A stretch of 64,000 nucleotides of DNA from Bdellovibrionales bacterium (GCA_965218815.1 CBDCLX010000002.1:217074-281073); one strand, 5' to 3'. Counted from the stretch's first letter, positions 28,134 through 38,571 are shown. Made by a program: numbers and translations. Notes: generated by a model from the letters alone, not told the origin.

Positions 28134-29784
28134 TAAACACCCGCCATCCTGTAAATAGCAAAAGGCAACTGACAAAAGATGATTCCCTCTTTTGCTAATT
28201 CGTTGGCTGAATCAAAGTAATGAATGGGAGCAAACACGACAGCTTTTTTACATTTTTTTTGATTCATGATTTTTTGAATTTTCTCTTTTCTATCAAGATT
28301 TAAAGCGGAGGTGCTACTCCTAAAAATTTTACATCTGGTTTATAGATAACAAAAAAAGCTGTGTCTCTATCTGATTTTCCGATATAAAAATATTCATTTT
28401 CATTCACTTTATCTAAAGTTTGACCTGTTGCCATATAAAAAACATAGTTGGAAAGAACTTTATAACTTGGTAAGGATTTTCCTTTTATTAAATTTTCTTC
28501 ATTGATTTCTTTTCCAAGAGTGCAATAGGTAAAAGAACCACCCAGACCTTTTTTGAGTTTTTCCTCTTTGTGATTGGGAACACCTTTGATAACCCGACGG
28601 ACACGCTCTGCTGTGATCTCATTGGTATAATCCTCACACTCCACAAGGATAAACTTCCGGTTGCCTTCATCTTCCTTATTTAAGTCAAGAACCGCTTGGG
28701 CTGTTGTACCAGAACCGGCAAAGGAGTCCAGGATGATAGAATCTTTATCAGTAGTTATCTGCAAAATTTTTTTAATTAGTTTAGTTGGTTTAGGACTATC
28801 AAATTTATCTTCAGTAAGTATATTTTTTACTTCTCTTACTGCTTCTTGCGTATCTCCTGCAAAATCTCTAAGCCAAAGTGTTTCTGGAACAAGTCCCTGT
28901 TGGACTTCAGAAAGAAACCTTTTTATTCTGGGTACATTTTTCCCATCTTTTCCAAACCAAATACGATTATCTGAAATTAATTCAGTTAATTTGTTTTTTG
29001 AAAATCTCCAACAAAACCCTCTTGGAGGATTGACATTTCTACCGGAAGGAGTTTTAATGGTATAGTCATATTTTCTGTTATATGTTTTAACACCCATATT
29101 ATCTGGTGACCAAACACCACGAGGATCATTATCCTGATTTTTATAACGTGAGTCCTGCGTTTCAGTTCGTGGCAATAAATTCACAGAAAATTTATTTATA
29201 TCTTTAGTATAACTGAAAATAAATTCATATGTACTAGAAAAAAATTTTGCATCACTCTGACGAGAAAACTTTTTTTGCCAAGCTATAGTTGCAATAAAAT
29301 TCTGCTCCCCAAAAATTTCTTCCATTAACGCCATAAGTCTGAATTGTTCATTATCATCAATACTAATGAAAATCACTCCGTCATCAGAAAGTAGTTCCTT
29401 AAGTAACTGTAGTCGTGGCCACATCATACAAAGCCATTTGTCATGCCTCTCCAAATCGTCAATACCAACGACTGTTCCAAGCCATTCTTTGATTGAAGAG
29501 CTATTCACGTTATCATTATATTTCCAACCTTCATTTCCTGTATTGTAAGGTGGATCAATATAGATGCACTTGATTTTTCCGGCATATCTTGGCAAAAGGG
29601 CTTTTAAAGCATGAAGATTGTCCCCATGAATAATCAGGTTATCATCTAAAGATAGCTTTTCTTTTTTCCCGTTCTTTGATCTCTTTGGAAGTGATTTTTT
29701 TTCATCAATTTCCAATGAGCGAAAAGGCACTCCTAAATGGTGAGAATAAATAGTGGACTTTCCTTTAAAATGTAAAACCGGCAT
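28133..29784 (-). CDS. mod: Type III RM methyltransferase Mod (1-nt frameshift near 28320)
   Basis: IIHGDNL, IYIDPPYNTG, VIFISIDD, LDSFAGSGTT. After the frameshift the typical tail ...AVVFAP...IFCQLPFAIY continues to a TAA overlapping the res ATG. Confidence 0.9.
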
Positions 29785-30025
29785 CTGACCACCTGTTGAT
29801 TATGTACTTTAAGCACGACTTTTATATTAGACTTTGTCACACCCTTTTAACAGTCTTATATTATCAGATTAACTATAAGAAGCCTTTAATTTACAAGCCG
29901 GATCTGAATGAAATAGAGTTTAAAATCCGACTTTACTTTTCGGAATGATTATAAAGGGTTCTCTCCTAATGGGGTTGAATGAATTTTCCACTGCAACTGC
30001 CGAAACCTCATGAGAAATGCACAGG

Positions 30026-31657
30026 TTAACGATCAGTCCCCTTTCCATTGAGAAACTGACTCTGATTGTTCAAGTCCTCATAGACTTTTTCAATATTGGG
30101 AAAATAGAAAACAGGGGTGAATGACTGGGGGGAGGCTCCGTGGGCTGAACCACTTTCCCTGAGTCTTTTTTGCAGGAGAGCATTGATATTTTGGGTGTTA
30201 AGACCCTTTTTTTTGTTTTTCTCCATTTGCTGTTTCACCTGACGGTTCATGAATGAAGGCTCGGAACGATAACTTCCCCCCTGAGACCTTCCCGGTGCAC
30301 TCATGTAGCGGCCCGATGAGGAGGAATTCCCTCTTCTCCGGTGGCGGGGCTTTCTTCCCGCTGACCTGCCCCCTCCTTGGGCTCCACCACCCATGGAACC
30401 AGGCATACCACCCATCCCCCCACGAGGGCCACTAGTTCTGCTTCCACTGCCACTATCATTTTTTAAGGTTCCTCCAGGTCCAGGTCTTCCCCTGTTTGAA
30501 AAAGTCATATCCATCAATACTCTTGGAGGAAGAAGCCCATTGGCCCCCCCTCCAGTGTTTATGGGGCCAGGTTGGCTCACTCCGGCTCCAGGCACTCTGG
30601 CTCTGGAACTGGATATGCCTCCTCCATTAACGGGAGAAACACCGGTCCCCCCTCTTCTTTTTGTTGAATCACCAAAAATATTCCCCGGATTAAGTGAAAT
30701 GGGGTTCACAGGGGAACCAGTATCTTCTGGAAAGGGGCTGACAGCCTCTTTGTCTTCATCTTCTGAAGGGGAGGGCGTGGAATCATCCACTACAATCTCG
30801 TCATTCTTCTCCCCGGCCTCCACCTTCACGTTAGTGTCAAATTTATCTTCAATCTTGTCATTGTCAGTGGTTTCAGTGGGGTTGTTTCTTTCATAGGGAC
30901 TTGTGGGAGTTGCCGTGGTTGTTGAGACCCCACAGGCGGATTGGGGTTCACCACTTTTTGTCCCTGTGCACAAGACCACATTGATGGAGGCAGGCTGACA
31001 GGAGGGATCTAATAAACGACTTTCAATGTGTCTGGAACAAATTGCCCATGTCTGCTTTGGGGAGCACTGGGGGGAAGCCAGAAACCCTGTTATAAGATTG
31101 TTGCAATCATCTTTTGTTTTTGGGCTCTCATTGCAGTTTATGTTATTGAAAATAATATCCAGAATCTCTGGGCTGAACTCTGAACATCTCCCATGACTTG
31201 GAGATCTTTTATAACAATCGTACTCGTAGGGATTATGATTGTTCACATTGGCTGTTTTTCTCAAATGACTGCATTGTATAGGAGAGAGTTTTCCCTTTTG
31301 TCCTTTTTTCCGGCAATAGCAATCATCATAATAAACCTCAGCAGCTTTGGCACTGATGTCTGGTGTGACTTCCGGCAAAAGGTCTCCCACAGTACGACAA
31401 TGAATCTGTCCCAATTTTCCAAGCATGGCACACAAACATTCCCGAAAAAGTTGTGGGCTTGATTTTAATTCTTTACTATCCGCATAACCTTTAAAACAGG
31501 GGCCTGTATCAATCTCTCCAAACGTCCCCGTCACAGCATCACTGGGGCCTGCATCAATATCATCCCCAAACGCATCATCTTCAGCCTGGGCAAAACAGAA
31601 AAAGAAAAGAAAACCTGTTCCAACGAGAAAACTTTTTAAACCCATCATTTTCTCCAT
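30026..31657 (-). CDS. Secreted protein with Cys-rich N-domain and Pro/Gly-rich low-complexity C-domain
   Basis: Signal peptide, about 18 Cys in the first half, G/P/S-rich linker. Confidence 0.7.
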   Translation of the reverse strand: MEKMMGLKSFLVGTGFLFFFCFAQAEDDAFGDDIDAGPSDAVTGTFGEIDTGPCFKGYADSKELKSSPQLFRECLCAMLGKLGQIHCRTVGDLLPEVTPDISAKAAEVYYDDCYCRKKGQKGKLSPIQCSHLRKTANVNNHNPYEYDCYKRSPSHGRCSEFSPEILDIIFNNINCNESPKTKDDCNNLITGFLASPQCSPKQTWAICSRHIESRLLDPSCQPASINVVLCTGTKSGEPQSACGVSTTTATPTSPYERNNPTETTDNDKIEDKFDTNVKVEAGEKNDEIVVDDSTPSPSEDEDKEAVSPFPEDTGSPVNPISLNPGNIFGDSTKRRGGTGVSPVNGGGISSSRARVPGAGVSQPGPINTGGGANGLLPPRVLMDMTFSNRGRPGPGGTLKNDSGSGSRTSGPRGGMGGMPGSMGGGAQGGGRSAGRKPRHRRRGNSSSSGRYMSAPGRSQGGSYRSEPSFMNRQVKQQMEKNKKKGLNTQNINALLQKRLRESGSAHGASPQSFTPVFYFPNIEKVYEDLNNQSQFLNGKGTDR

Positions 31658-31856
31658 TATTTGTTTGCCAATTCCAGTTGCTTTCAGCCTTCAAAAAGAG
31701 GAAAAACATATCAATCCCAACCGGATCAGCTTTTTGCAAAACAGGTTCATTATAACATAAATTTTTGTATTTTCGTCGAATTTTTCCGGTTTTCTGAAAC
31801 GGTGGTCAATACACTCCATTTCTACAGATGACAGTTTTATACATTGCACAAACTGA

Positions 31857-33065
31857 TCATTGAGATTTCTGTTTGCTAACCCGGGATTGGCAAAGCATAA
31901 AAAGACGGTTAAGCCCCAGGGCCACCCCCACGGAAGGGGGCATGGCTGATTCCATTTCCCTGAAAAAGTTTTCATCAAAATCACAAAGGGGCCGACCCTC
32001 TTTTCGTCTCAATTCCTGTTCCATTTCAAAGCGTCTGATATTTTCTGAAGGGTCATTGACTTCCTGATAGGCATTGGCCAGTTCCACTCCCCTCCAGTAA
32101 AGTTCAAAGCGTTGACTCCACCCTTCTTTGTTGATTTGGGCCAGGGAGGCCTGTTGATGGGGCCAGTCAAAAATCACCATGGGGTTTTCTTTTCCCAGGT
32201 GAGGCTCCACTTTTTCCATGAAAATCCTGAAGAAAATATCATTCCATTGATCCCCCGGGTGGGTTTTAATATTCAATTGACAGGCCCAGTCCAGGAGTTC
32301 TTCCTGGCTGGTGTCCGCTTTTAGAACAAAAGAGGTCTGTGCTTTAAAGCACTGACTGAGATGAACCCTGTCCACCGGGACAGGCTTTTTCAAAAGGTGT
32401 TTGAGGAGTTCTGAAATGTCCTCCACAGCTTTTGGAAGATCTTCAAAACCCCGATACCACTCAAGCATGGTGAATTCAGGCAGATGATGGGGGCCGGGCA
32501 AATCATCCCGAAAACAGTTTTTAATTTCAAATATGCGATCATAACCCTGACACAAGTATTTTTTGAGATGAATTTCAGGACTGGTGGGCAGGCACCACTG
32601 GCGACCCGTGGCAGTGGCCCTGACAGTCATAAAGTCAATGTGGTGGTCCACTCCGGGTGAAGACACCAAAAAGGGGGTTCTTAGATGTAAAAAGTGATGG
32701 CAGGTAAAAAAGCTTTCCACCTGACTGAGAAACCCGGACCACTCTTCCGGCTCGGGGTCAAAGAGTTTTTCGTTCAACCTCCCGGAGGGTGAGAGAAGAA
32801 AAAGGGCTTTTCTTTGAGAACAAAAAAGAACAATATCACCTGAAACCAGGAGAGTGTGGGGGATGGAAACTCCCAGATGGGGGTGTTTGCATTTGTTTAA
32901 ATCTGAAATATTGATAGAATACTCTGAATCCTGGTTTTTGATGAAAAGACTTTGCCGGATGATTCTGTGAATACGGCCACAGAATCCGGTTTTCCATTTC
33001 CCCTTAACCACCGGGTAGGGTGTCCAGTACCTATCCAGAAATTCCTGTCTTTTTTTAATACACAT
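31857..33065 (-). CDS. epmA: EF-P lysine (R)-beta-lysyl ligase EpmA/GenX (LysRS paralog)
   Basis: PTSPEIHLKK, IFEIKNCFRD, HLPEFTMLEWYR, RFELYWRGVELANAYQE, PPSVGVALGLNRL. Confidence 0.85.
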   Translation of the reverse strand: MCIKKRQEFLDRYWTPYPVVKGKWKTGFCGRIHRIIRQSLFIKNQDSEYSINISDLNKCKHPHLGVSIPHTLLVSGDIVLFCSQRKALFLLSPSGRLNEKLFDPEPEEWSGFLSQVESFFTCHHFLHLRTPFLVSSPGVDHHIDFMTVRATATGRQWCLPTSPEIHLKKYLCQGYDRIFEIKNCFRDDLPGPHHLPEFTMLEWYRGFEDLPKAVEDISELLKHLLKKPVPVDRVHLSQCFKAQTSFVLKADTSQEELLDWACQLNIKTHPGDQWNDIFFRIFMEKVEPHLGKENPMVIFDWPHQQASLAQINKEGWSQRFELYWRGVELANAYQEVNDPSENIRRFEMEQELRRKEGRPLCDFDENFFREMESAMPPSVGVALGLNRLFMLCQSRVSKQKSQ

Positions 33066-33104
33066 ATTAAATTATACTGATCCTGTCGGAATTTTCACGG
33101 GTTT

Positions 33105-33641
33105 TTGTGGGTTTTTATAGAAAGGACTGGAAATTTCAAACCAAATGAGTGTAAAATCGTTTTAAAGGAGGTGATGATGTTTTCTTTTTCTCAAATTAAA
33201 AAAGAGTTGAATCAGCTTTTTAAAAAAGGTTCTGTCAGTTCGGAAATCAGTCGTCTGAAAAAAGAGCTGACGGATTTTGAAGTTTACAGGAAAATAAAGG
33301 AGCCAACCCAAAAACACCTCAATCAGCTGGAAACACAGTATCGAAATTTTTCATCAAGGATAGCCAGGAAACAAACTGAAATTGACAAAGAGTTTAAAAA
33401 GGCCGTCAATCTTGTAAAAAAAAGAAAAAAAGAGGCTGAGAATCATGTTCACAATCTTCGGAAAATGGCTATTGATAAGAAAAAGTCCGTTGAAAAAATG
33501 ATTCAGGATCAAATAAAAGCCTTTGGTCTCAATTCCAAAAAAACCAAAAAAAAGACAACCCGGAAAACCACCAAAAAAAAGACAACCAGAAAGGCAAAAG
33601 CCAAAAAAACAGGAAGAGTTCAAAAAAGACAGTCGGACTGA
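33105..33641 (+). CDS. Coiled-coil protein with a Lys/Thr-rich histone-H1-like tail
   Basis: Heptad-rich body and tail KKTKKKTTRKTTKKKTTRKAKAKK. Confidence 0.65.
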   Translation: MWVFIERTGNFKPNECKIVLKEVMMFSFSQIKKELNQLFKKGSVSSEISRLKKELTDFEVYRKIKEPTQKHLNQLETQYRNFSSRIARKQTEIDKEFKKAVNLVKKRKKEAENHVHNLRKMAIDKKKSVEKMIQDQIKAFGLNSKKTKKKTTRKTTKKKTTRKAKAKKTGRVQKRQSD

Positions 33642-33660
33642 TAACGCTGTACAATTCCGG

Positions 33661-33852
33661 ATGAACTGCGGGCTGGCCCGAATTTCTCACAAATTTTTTA
33701 CTGCGGCTTCCAATCTCCTCGAAATTTAAAGGGAAAATTTAAAAACTGGACTTCGACATAGTGCTACTATGCCTTCAGCCCATTTTCTAAATTTTCCCTT
33801 TAAATTTCGGAAGCTTGAAAGCCTCGCTACGAAAGCTTGTGAGAACTGCGGG
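33661..33852. mobile_element. Cluster of longer IS1380-end MITE variants in inverted arrangement
   Basis: TIR cccgaatttctcacaa at 33677. A second unit at 33779-33852 ends tgtgagaactgcggg|ctat. The shared core aagcttgaaagcctcgctacgaaag is also in the 25038 copy. Confidence 0.7.
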
Positions 33853-33955
33853 CTATTGTGTCCCAATGAAAAATGGTTTATGGTCTTTATTCACATGAAA
33901 AACCCATAAAAGTTCAAAATGGATCAGTGTCTTTTAAAGACTTAAAGAGAGGTGT

Positions 33956-36820
33956 TTGATGAAATCACATTCCAGTTTTGCCAATCGTCATCTGGGAATC
34001 AACCTGGAGGATCAGTCTGGAATGCTCAGTCTTCTGGGGCTTGGCAGTCTGGATCATCTCATTGATGAAACAATTCCAGAAAATATCCGACAACAGGGAG
34101 AACTGAAACTCCCGGAACCCCTCACTGAGGAGCAGGTTTTGACCAGGGCCAGGGAGTATGCTTCAGAAAATAAGATTTTTAAATCTTATATAGGGATGGG
34201 TTATTACAACACTTTCACCCCCAATGTTATCAGGCGGTGTATTCTCGAAAATCCAGGCTGGTACACAGCCTACACCCCCTATCAACCTGAAATTTCCCAG
34301 GGTCGTCTGGAAGCTCTTATCAATTTTCAAACCATGGTGCGGGACCTCACTGCCATGGATATAGCCAATGCCTCTTTGCTGGATGAGGGAACAGCCCTGG
34401 CAGAAGCTGTGACCATGGCCTATCAGTTCCAAAAAAAGAAAGGGGAAAAACTTTTTGTTCTTGAACCTGTTTTCCCCCAAAGTCTGGGGGTTCTTGAAAC
34501 CCGTTGCGAGTCCATTGGTCTTCAGATTGAAAGAGGTCATACACTTCCAGACTGGTTGGATGATTATTTTTGTGTGGTTATCCAGTACCCCGATGCTTTG
34601 GGGGCTGTTCAGTCTTCTGCAACAGCTATTAAAGAGGTCACGTCAGCCAAAGCCCTTTGTGTGGTGGCGGCTGATCTTCTCAGCCTCACTTTACTCAAAC
34701 CCCCTGGGGAATTGGGAGCTGATATTGTGGTTGGCACCACTCAACGTTTTGGTGTGCCCATGGGTTTTGGTGGTCCCCATGCTGCCTATCTTGCCACCAG
34801 GGATTCCCTCAAACGTCTGGTTCCAGGGCGGATTGTTGGTGTGTCCAGGGATTCCAAAGGCCGGGTGTCTTACCGGCTGGCTCTGCAAACCCGGGAGCAA
34901 CACATCCGTCGGGAAAAAGCCACCAGTAATATATGCACATCCCAGGTTTTGTTGGCCGTTATGGCTGGAATGTATGGGGTTTACCATGGTCCCGGGGGTC
35001 TTAAAGCCATAGCTGGTGATATTCACTCCAAAGCCTGTCTGTTGGCCTGGATTCTGGATCAACTTTCTTTTGAGCGGATGGCGGAAGATTTCTTTGACAC
35101 CCTTTTTGTTCGAATCACCGATCATGAGAAAAATCACCTGATAAAAAAAAGTCGGGGGCTTTCCGTAAATTTTAACTTTTTCAGCACGAGCCTGGTGGGA
35201 ATTTCCATTGATGAAACCACTTCAGACAGTGACCTGCAAAATATTGTGAATCTTTTCTCTGATCTTAAGGGAAAAGAACCTGAATTGATTGAATTAAGAA
35301 AATCTGAATCCAGTGAAAGCTTTCTCAATGAAAAATCACTGCGACACTCCCCCTATATGACCCATCCCGTATTTAACCGCTTTCATTCAGAAACTGAACT
35401 TATGAGATACATTCGTCGTCTTGAGAACAAAGACCTGACTCTGGCCAATTCCATGATTCCATTGGGATCCTGCACCATGAAACTCAATGGGGCCACGGAA
35501 CTTGTACCCATCACCTGGCCTGAGTTTGCCAGTCTTCATCCTTTTGTGCCTGTGGAACAGGCTCAGGGCACTCTGTCCATGATTGGGGAATTACAGAGTT
35601 TTTTGACTGAAATAACCGGATTCACCCATGTTTCACTCCAGCCCAATGCCGGTTCCCAGGGTGAATATGCCGGTTTGCTGGCTATTAAAAAGTACCATGA
35701 ACATAAGGGTCATGGAGAACGTCATGTTTGCCTGATTCCAGATTCTGCCCATGGGACCAACCCGGCCAGTGCTGTCATGGCCGGGATGAAAGTGGTGATT
35801 GTGAACTGTGATGACAGGGGAAATATTGACCTTATGGATCTTAAAGCAAAGGCCAGAGATTATGAGAACACGTTGGCTGCCCTGATGATAACCTACCCTT
35901 CAACTCATGGTGTTTTTGAGCCGGAGGTGAAAAAGGTCTGTGAAATTATCCACAACCATGGAGGACAGGTTTACATGGATGGAGCCAATCTCAATGCCAT
36001 GGTGGGCCTTTGTCAACCCGGCTTTTTTGGGCCTGATGTGAGTCATTTAAATCTCCATAAAACTTTTTGTATTCCCCATGGCGGGGGTGGACCGGGAGTG
36101 GGTCCCATTGCTGTGGCTTCCCATCTGGTCCCCTTTATGCCAGGACACAATCTTAACGATCTGGCCGGTCCCAAAACAGGCCCTGTGAATATCAGTGCTG
36201 CTCCCTGGGGCAGTGCTTTGATTTTGCCCATTTCCTGGGCTTTTATTGCAATGATGGGTCCCAGAGGTTTAAAGCGTGCCACCCAGGTGGCCATACTCAA
36301 TGCCAACTATGTGGCCCACCGTCTTAAGGATCATTACCCCATCCTGTACACAGGTTCTTTGGGGCGGGTGGCCCATGAGTGCATTATTGATCTTCGCCCC
36401 ATTAAGGAGGAAACAGGGATCACCGTTGATGATGTTGCCAAAAGACTTATGGATTATGGTTTTCACGCACCCACCATGTCCTGGCCTGTCCCGGGCACAA
36501 TGATGATTGAACCCACGGAAAGTGAGAGTCTTGAGGAACTGGATCGCTTTTGTAATGCCATGATTGCCATTAAGGGGGAAGTGGATCGGGTGAAATCCGG
36601 GCAGTGGCCTTTAAAAGACAACCCTCTGGTTAATGCCCCCCACAGTTTTTTTGATCTCATTGATGAAAAATGGCATCATCCCTACAGTCGGAAACAGGCT
36701 GTTTATCCTCTGCCCTGGGTTGAAAACCGTAAATTCTGGACTCCTGTGAACCGTACTGACCATGTTTACGGGGATCGCAATCTTTCCTGCTCCTGTCCCC
36801 CTTTGGAGGCTTACACATAG
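33956..36820 (+). CDS. gcvP: Glycine dehydrogenase (decarboxylating), P protein
   Basis: WYTAYTPYQPEISQGRLE, REKATSNICT, SHLNLHKTFCIPHGGGGPG, YGDRNLSCSCPP. Confidence 0.97.
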   Translation: MMKSHSSFANRHLGINLEDQSGMLSLLGLGSLDHLIDETIPENIRQQGELKLPEPLTEEQVLTRAREYASENKIFKSYIGMGYYNTFTPNVIRRCILENPGWYTAYTPYQPEISQGRLEALINFQTMVRDLTAMDIANASLLDEGTALAEAVTMAYQFQKKKGEKLFVLEPVFPQSLGVLETRCESIGLQIERGHTLPDWLDDYFCVVIQYPDALGAVQSSATAIKEVTSAKALCVVAADLLSLTLLKPPGELGADIVVGTTQRFGVPMGFGGPHAAYLATRDSLKRLVPGRIVGVSRDSKGRVSYRLALQTREQHIRREKATSNICTSQVLLAVMAGMYGVYHGPGGLKAIAGDIHSKACLLAWILDQLSFERMAEDFFDTLFVRITDHEKNHLIKKSRGLSVNFNFFSTSLVGISIDETTSDSDLQNIVNLFSDLKGKEPELIELRKSESSESFLNEKSLRHSPYMTHPVFNRFHSETELMRYIRRLENKDLTLANSMIPLGSCTMKLNGATELVPITWPEFASLHPFVPVEQAQGTLSMIGELQSFLTEITGFTHVSLQPNAGSQGEYAGLLAIKKYHEHKGHGERHVCLIPDSAHGTNPASAVMAGMKVVIVNCDDRGNIDLMDLKAKARDYENTLAALMITYPSTHGVFEPEVKKVCEIIHNHGGQVYMDGANLNAMVGLCQPGFFGPDVSHLNLHKTFCIPHGGGGPGVGPIAVASHLVPFMPGHNLNDLAGPKTGPVNISAAPWGSALILPISWAFIAMMGPRGLKRATQVAILNANYVAHRLKDHYPILYTGSLGRVAHECIIDLRPIKEETGITVDDVAKRLMDYGFHAPTMSWPVPGTMMIEPTESESLEELDRFCNAMIAIKGEVDRVKSGQWPLKDNPLVNAPHSFFDLIDEKWHHPYSRKQAVYPLPWVENRKFWTPVNRTDHVYGDRNLSCSCPPLEAYT

Positions 36821-37944
36821 CGAATGGGAACCAGTCCTCCCCATTTTGTTTTCATATTGGTGGTCTGTCCCTGATAAAGTCTTGCAATGTGGTTTTGAAT
36901 TTCACCTTCAAAGACGTGAAACCTGAGATCAAACTTTAACACCAGAGACTCGCCCTCATAATCAAAAGTTTTTTGACCGGCAGGGCATAATTCCTGGGCC
37001 ACGAAATCAGGAGCATAAATGTCATTAAAAGTCTTACGGGAAATGGTTTTACCCTTGAAAACGCCCTTTCCTCCATGGGATTGACTGGGTTTTAAAAAGT
37101 ATTTTTTCCTTTCACCCCACAAAATTTCCCTGCTTCCAAATTCTGAAAAGAGTCTTGATTGGGGTATGATATCAGCCAGCTCAGGATCCAGCATTTCTAA
37201 TTCATTCTTTAAAAGTTTCTGCCTTTTTTTATCAGACAAAAGAAAGTACTCTCTGGGGTTGGGTGAAAAAATCACTCTTTTGTTGACATAGTCATCTTTT
37301 AAAAGGCCGGACTCAGGTTCTGAAAAATAAAAATCAGTGAACCGGTTATAAACTTTTTGTATTTTTCCAACCGCTTCGTCTTTGTATTTGTCCAGGGATA
37401 AAATTTCCGCTGTATAGCCATGACTTTCCAGCCACTCCTGAAAAAGAAGAAACTCAAAATAAAGTCCTTCTTTTTCAGGATCACGATCCAGGATATGAAC
37501 GCAATCCCCCGGTTTAAGGGAAAGACTTTTTTTAAAACTCTTTAACAGATTTTTCATCCCTGGATCGGGAGTGACCTCTTTCTGGGCTTCCAGAAAAATA
37601 TGGGAGGAAATATACAGAGAGGCATTGGTGTTAATCTCAACAAGTTTTAACCCCATTTCCTCTGAGTAGTGAAAATCAAAGCAGGTCAGAAGAGATGGAG
37701 GCTTTGGCCAGTTCCGCCAGTTCATATCCCCGGAAAGTTTTGACTGATAACTTTCACTGTCTTTGATCCTGTAGATATTTGTCACAAACCTTTTGACCTG
37801 CGTAAAAACTGACAGAGGCAGTTTCAACAGGAATGGGGAAAAGAGGTGCGGACTAATAAGATTGTTCTTCCTGATTTCCAAAAAGCTTTTTGGATAATTT
37901 TTTTTTAAACAATCAAACAGATTTTTTCGTTTTTCAGACAGCAT
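36811..37944 (-). CDS. ATP-grasp (glutathionylspermidine-synthase-like) ligase
   Basis: FDFH...KLVEINTNAS, YNRFTDF, LKPSQSHGGKGV, VAQE, FDLR. Confidence 0.7.
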   Translation of the reverse strand: MLSEKRKNLFDCLKKNYPKSFLEIRKNNLISPHLFSPFLLKLPLSVFTQVKRFVTNIYRIKDSESYQSKLSGDMNWRNWPKPPSLLTCFDFHYSEEMGLKLVEINTNASLYISSHIFLEAQKEVTPDPGMKNLLKSFKKSLSLKPGDCVHILDRDPEKEGLYFEFLLFQEWLESHGYTAEILSLDKYKDEAVGKIQKVYNRFTDFYFSEPESGLLKDDYVNKRVIFSPNPREYFLLSDKKRQKLLKNELEMLDPELADIIPQSRLFSEFGSREILWGERKKYFLKPSQSHGGKGVFKGKTISRKTFNDIYAPDFVAQELCPAGQKTFDYEGESLVLKFDLRFHVFEGEIQNHIARLYQGQTTNMKTKWGGLVPIRYV

Positions 37945-37985
37945 GAAACGATGATACTGATTCTGTTTGGATTTTTAGATGTTGC

Positions 37986-38016
37986 TTCGGGTTTCCCCCT
38001 ACAGGGAAACCCCGAA
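37986..38016. terminator. Hairpin terminator downstream of ahpC
   Basis: ttcgggtttccc-cctaca-gggaaaccccgaaaaa. Confidence 0.55.
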
Positions 38017-38046
38017 AAATCCAGACAGACTCATATGTTTCCAAAG

Positions 38047-38571
38047 TTAACCGGTAACGATGTGTTTGTCTCCCGGTTTCCAGCCGGCAGAACAGAGTTC
38101 TCCGGATTGAAGCCCCTGGAGAACCCGTAAAATCTCATCGGCATCACGGCCCACATTCAGATTGTGAATGCCCATGTATTGCACAGTGCCCTCAGGGTCA
38201 ATAATATAGGTTCCCCGGGTGGCAATCCCCTGATCCTCAAGAAGAACTCCATAGTCCCGACTGACTCTTTTGGTGACATCGCCAATAAGAGGATAACCAA
38301 GATCTTTAAGATCATCGGCAATCCATCTTTTGTGGGAATGGACTGAGTCAATGGAACAACCAATGACTTCAGCTTCCAGTTCCCTGAACCTTGGAAGTTT
38401 GTCACGAAATTGGGTGAGTTCCGTGGGACACACAAAAGTGAAGTCCAACGGGTAGAAAAAAAGCACTGTCCAACGCCCTTTAAAATCGTTGAGGCTGATA
38501 TCCTTGAATTTTCCTCCATCAATGACAGCCGGAGCTGTGAATTGGGGGGCCGGTTGACCAATCATAGGCAT
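38047..38571 (-). CDS. ahpC: 2-Cys peroxiredoxin
   Basis: FFYPLDFTFVCPTE, IDSVHSH, RGTYIIDPEG, GELCSAGWKPG. Confidence 0.93.
   Translation of the reverse strand: MPMIGQPAPQFTAPAVIDGGKFKDISLNDFKGRWTVLFFYPLDFTFVCPTELTQFRDKLPRFRELEAEVIGCSIDSVHSHKRWIADDLKDLGYPLIGDVTKRVSRDYGVLLEDQGIATRGTYIIDPEGTVQYMGIHNLNVGRDADEILRVLQGLQSGELCSAGWKPGDKHIVTG

Noticed and set aside
29640-29784. Phase-variable SSR in the 5' part of mod
   Set aside because: Only an in-frame A8 run is present, with no tetra- or pentanucleotide tract.
29985-30022. Possible further MITE end (cgaaacctcatgagaaatgc)
   Set aside because: It is too degenerate, with no terminal ggg and no partner TIR.
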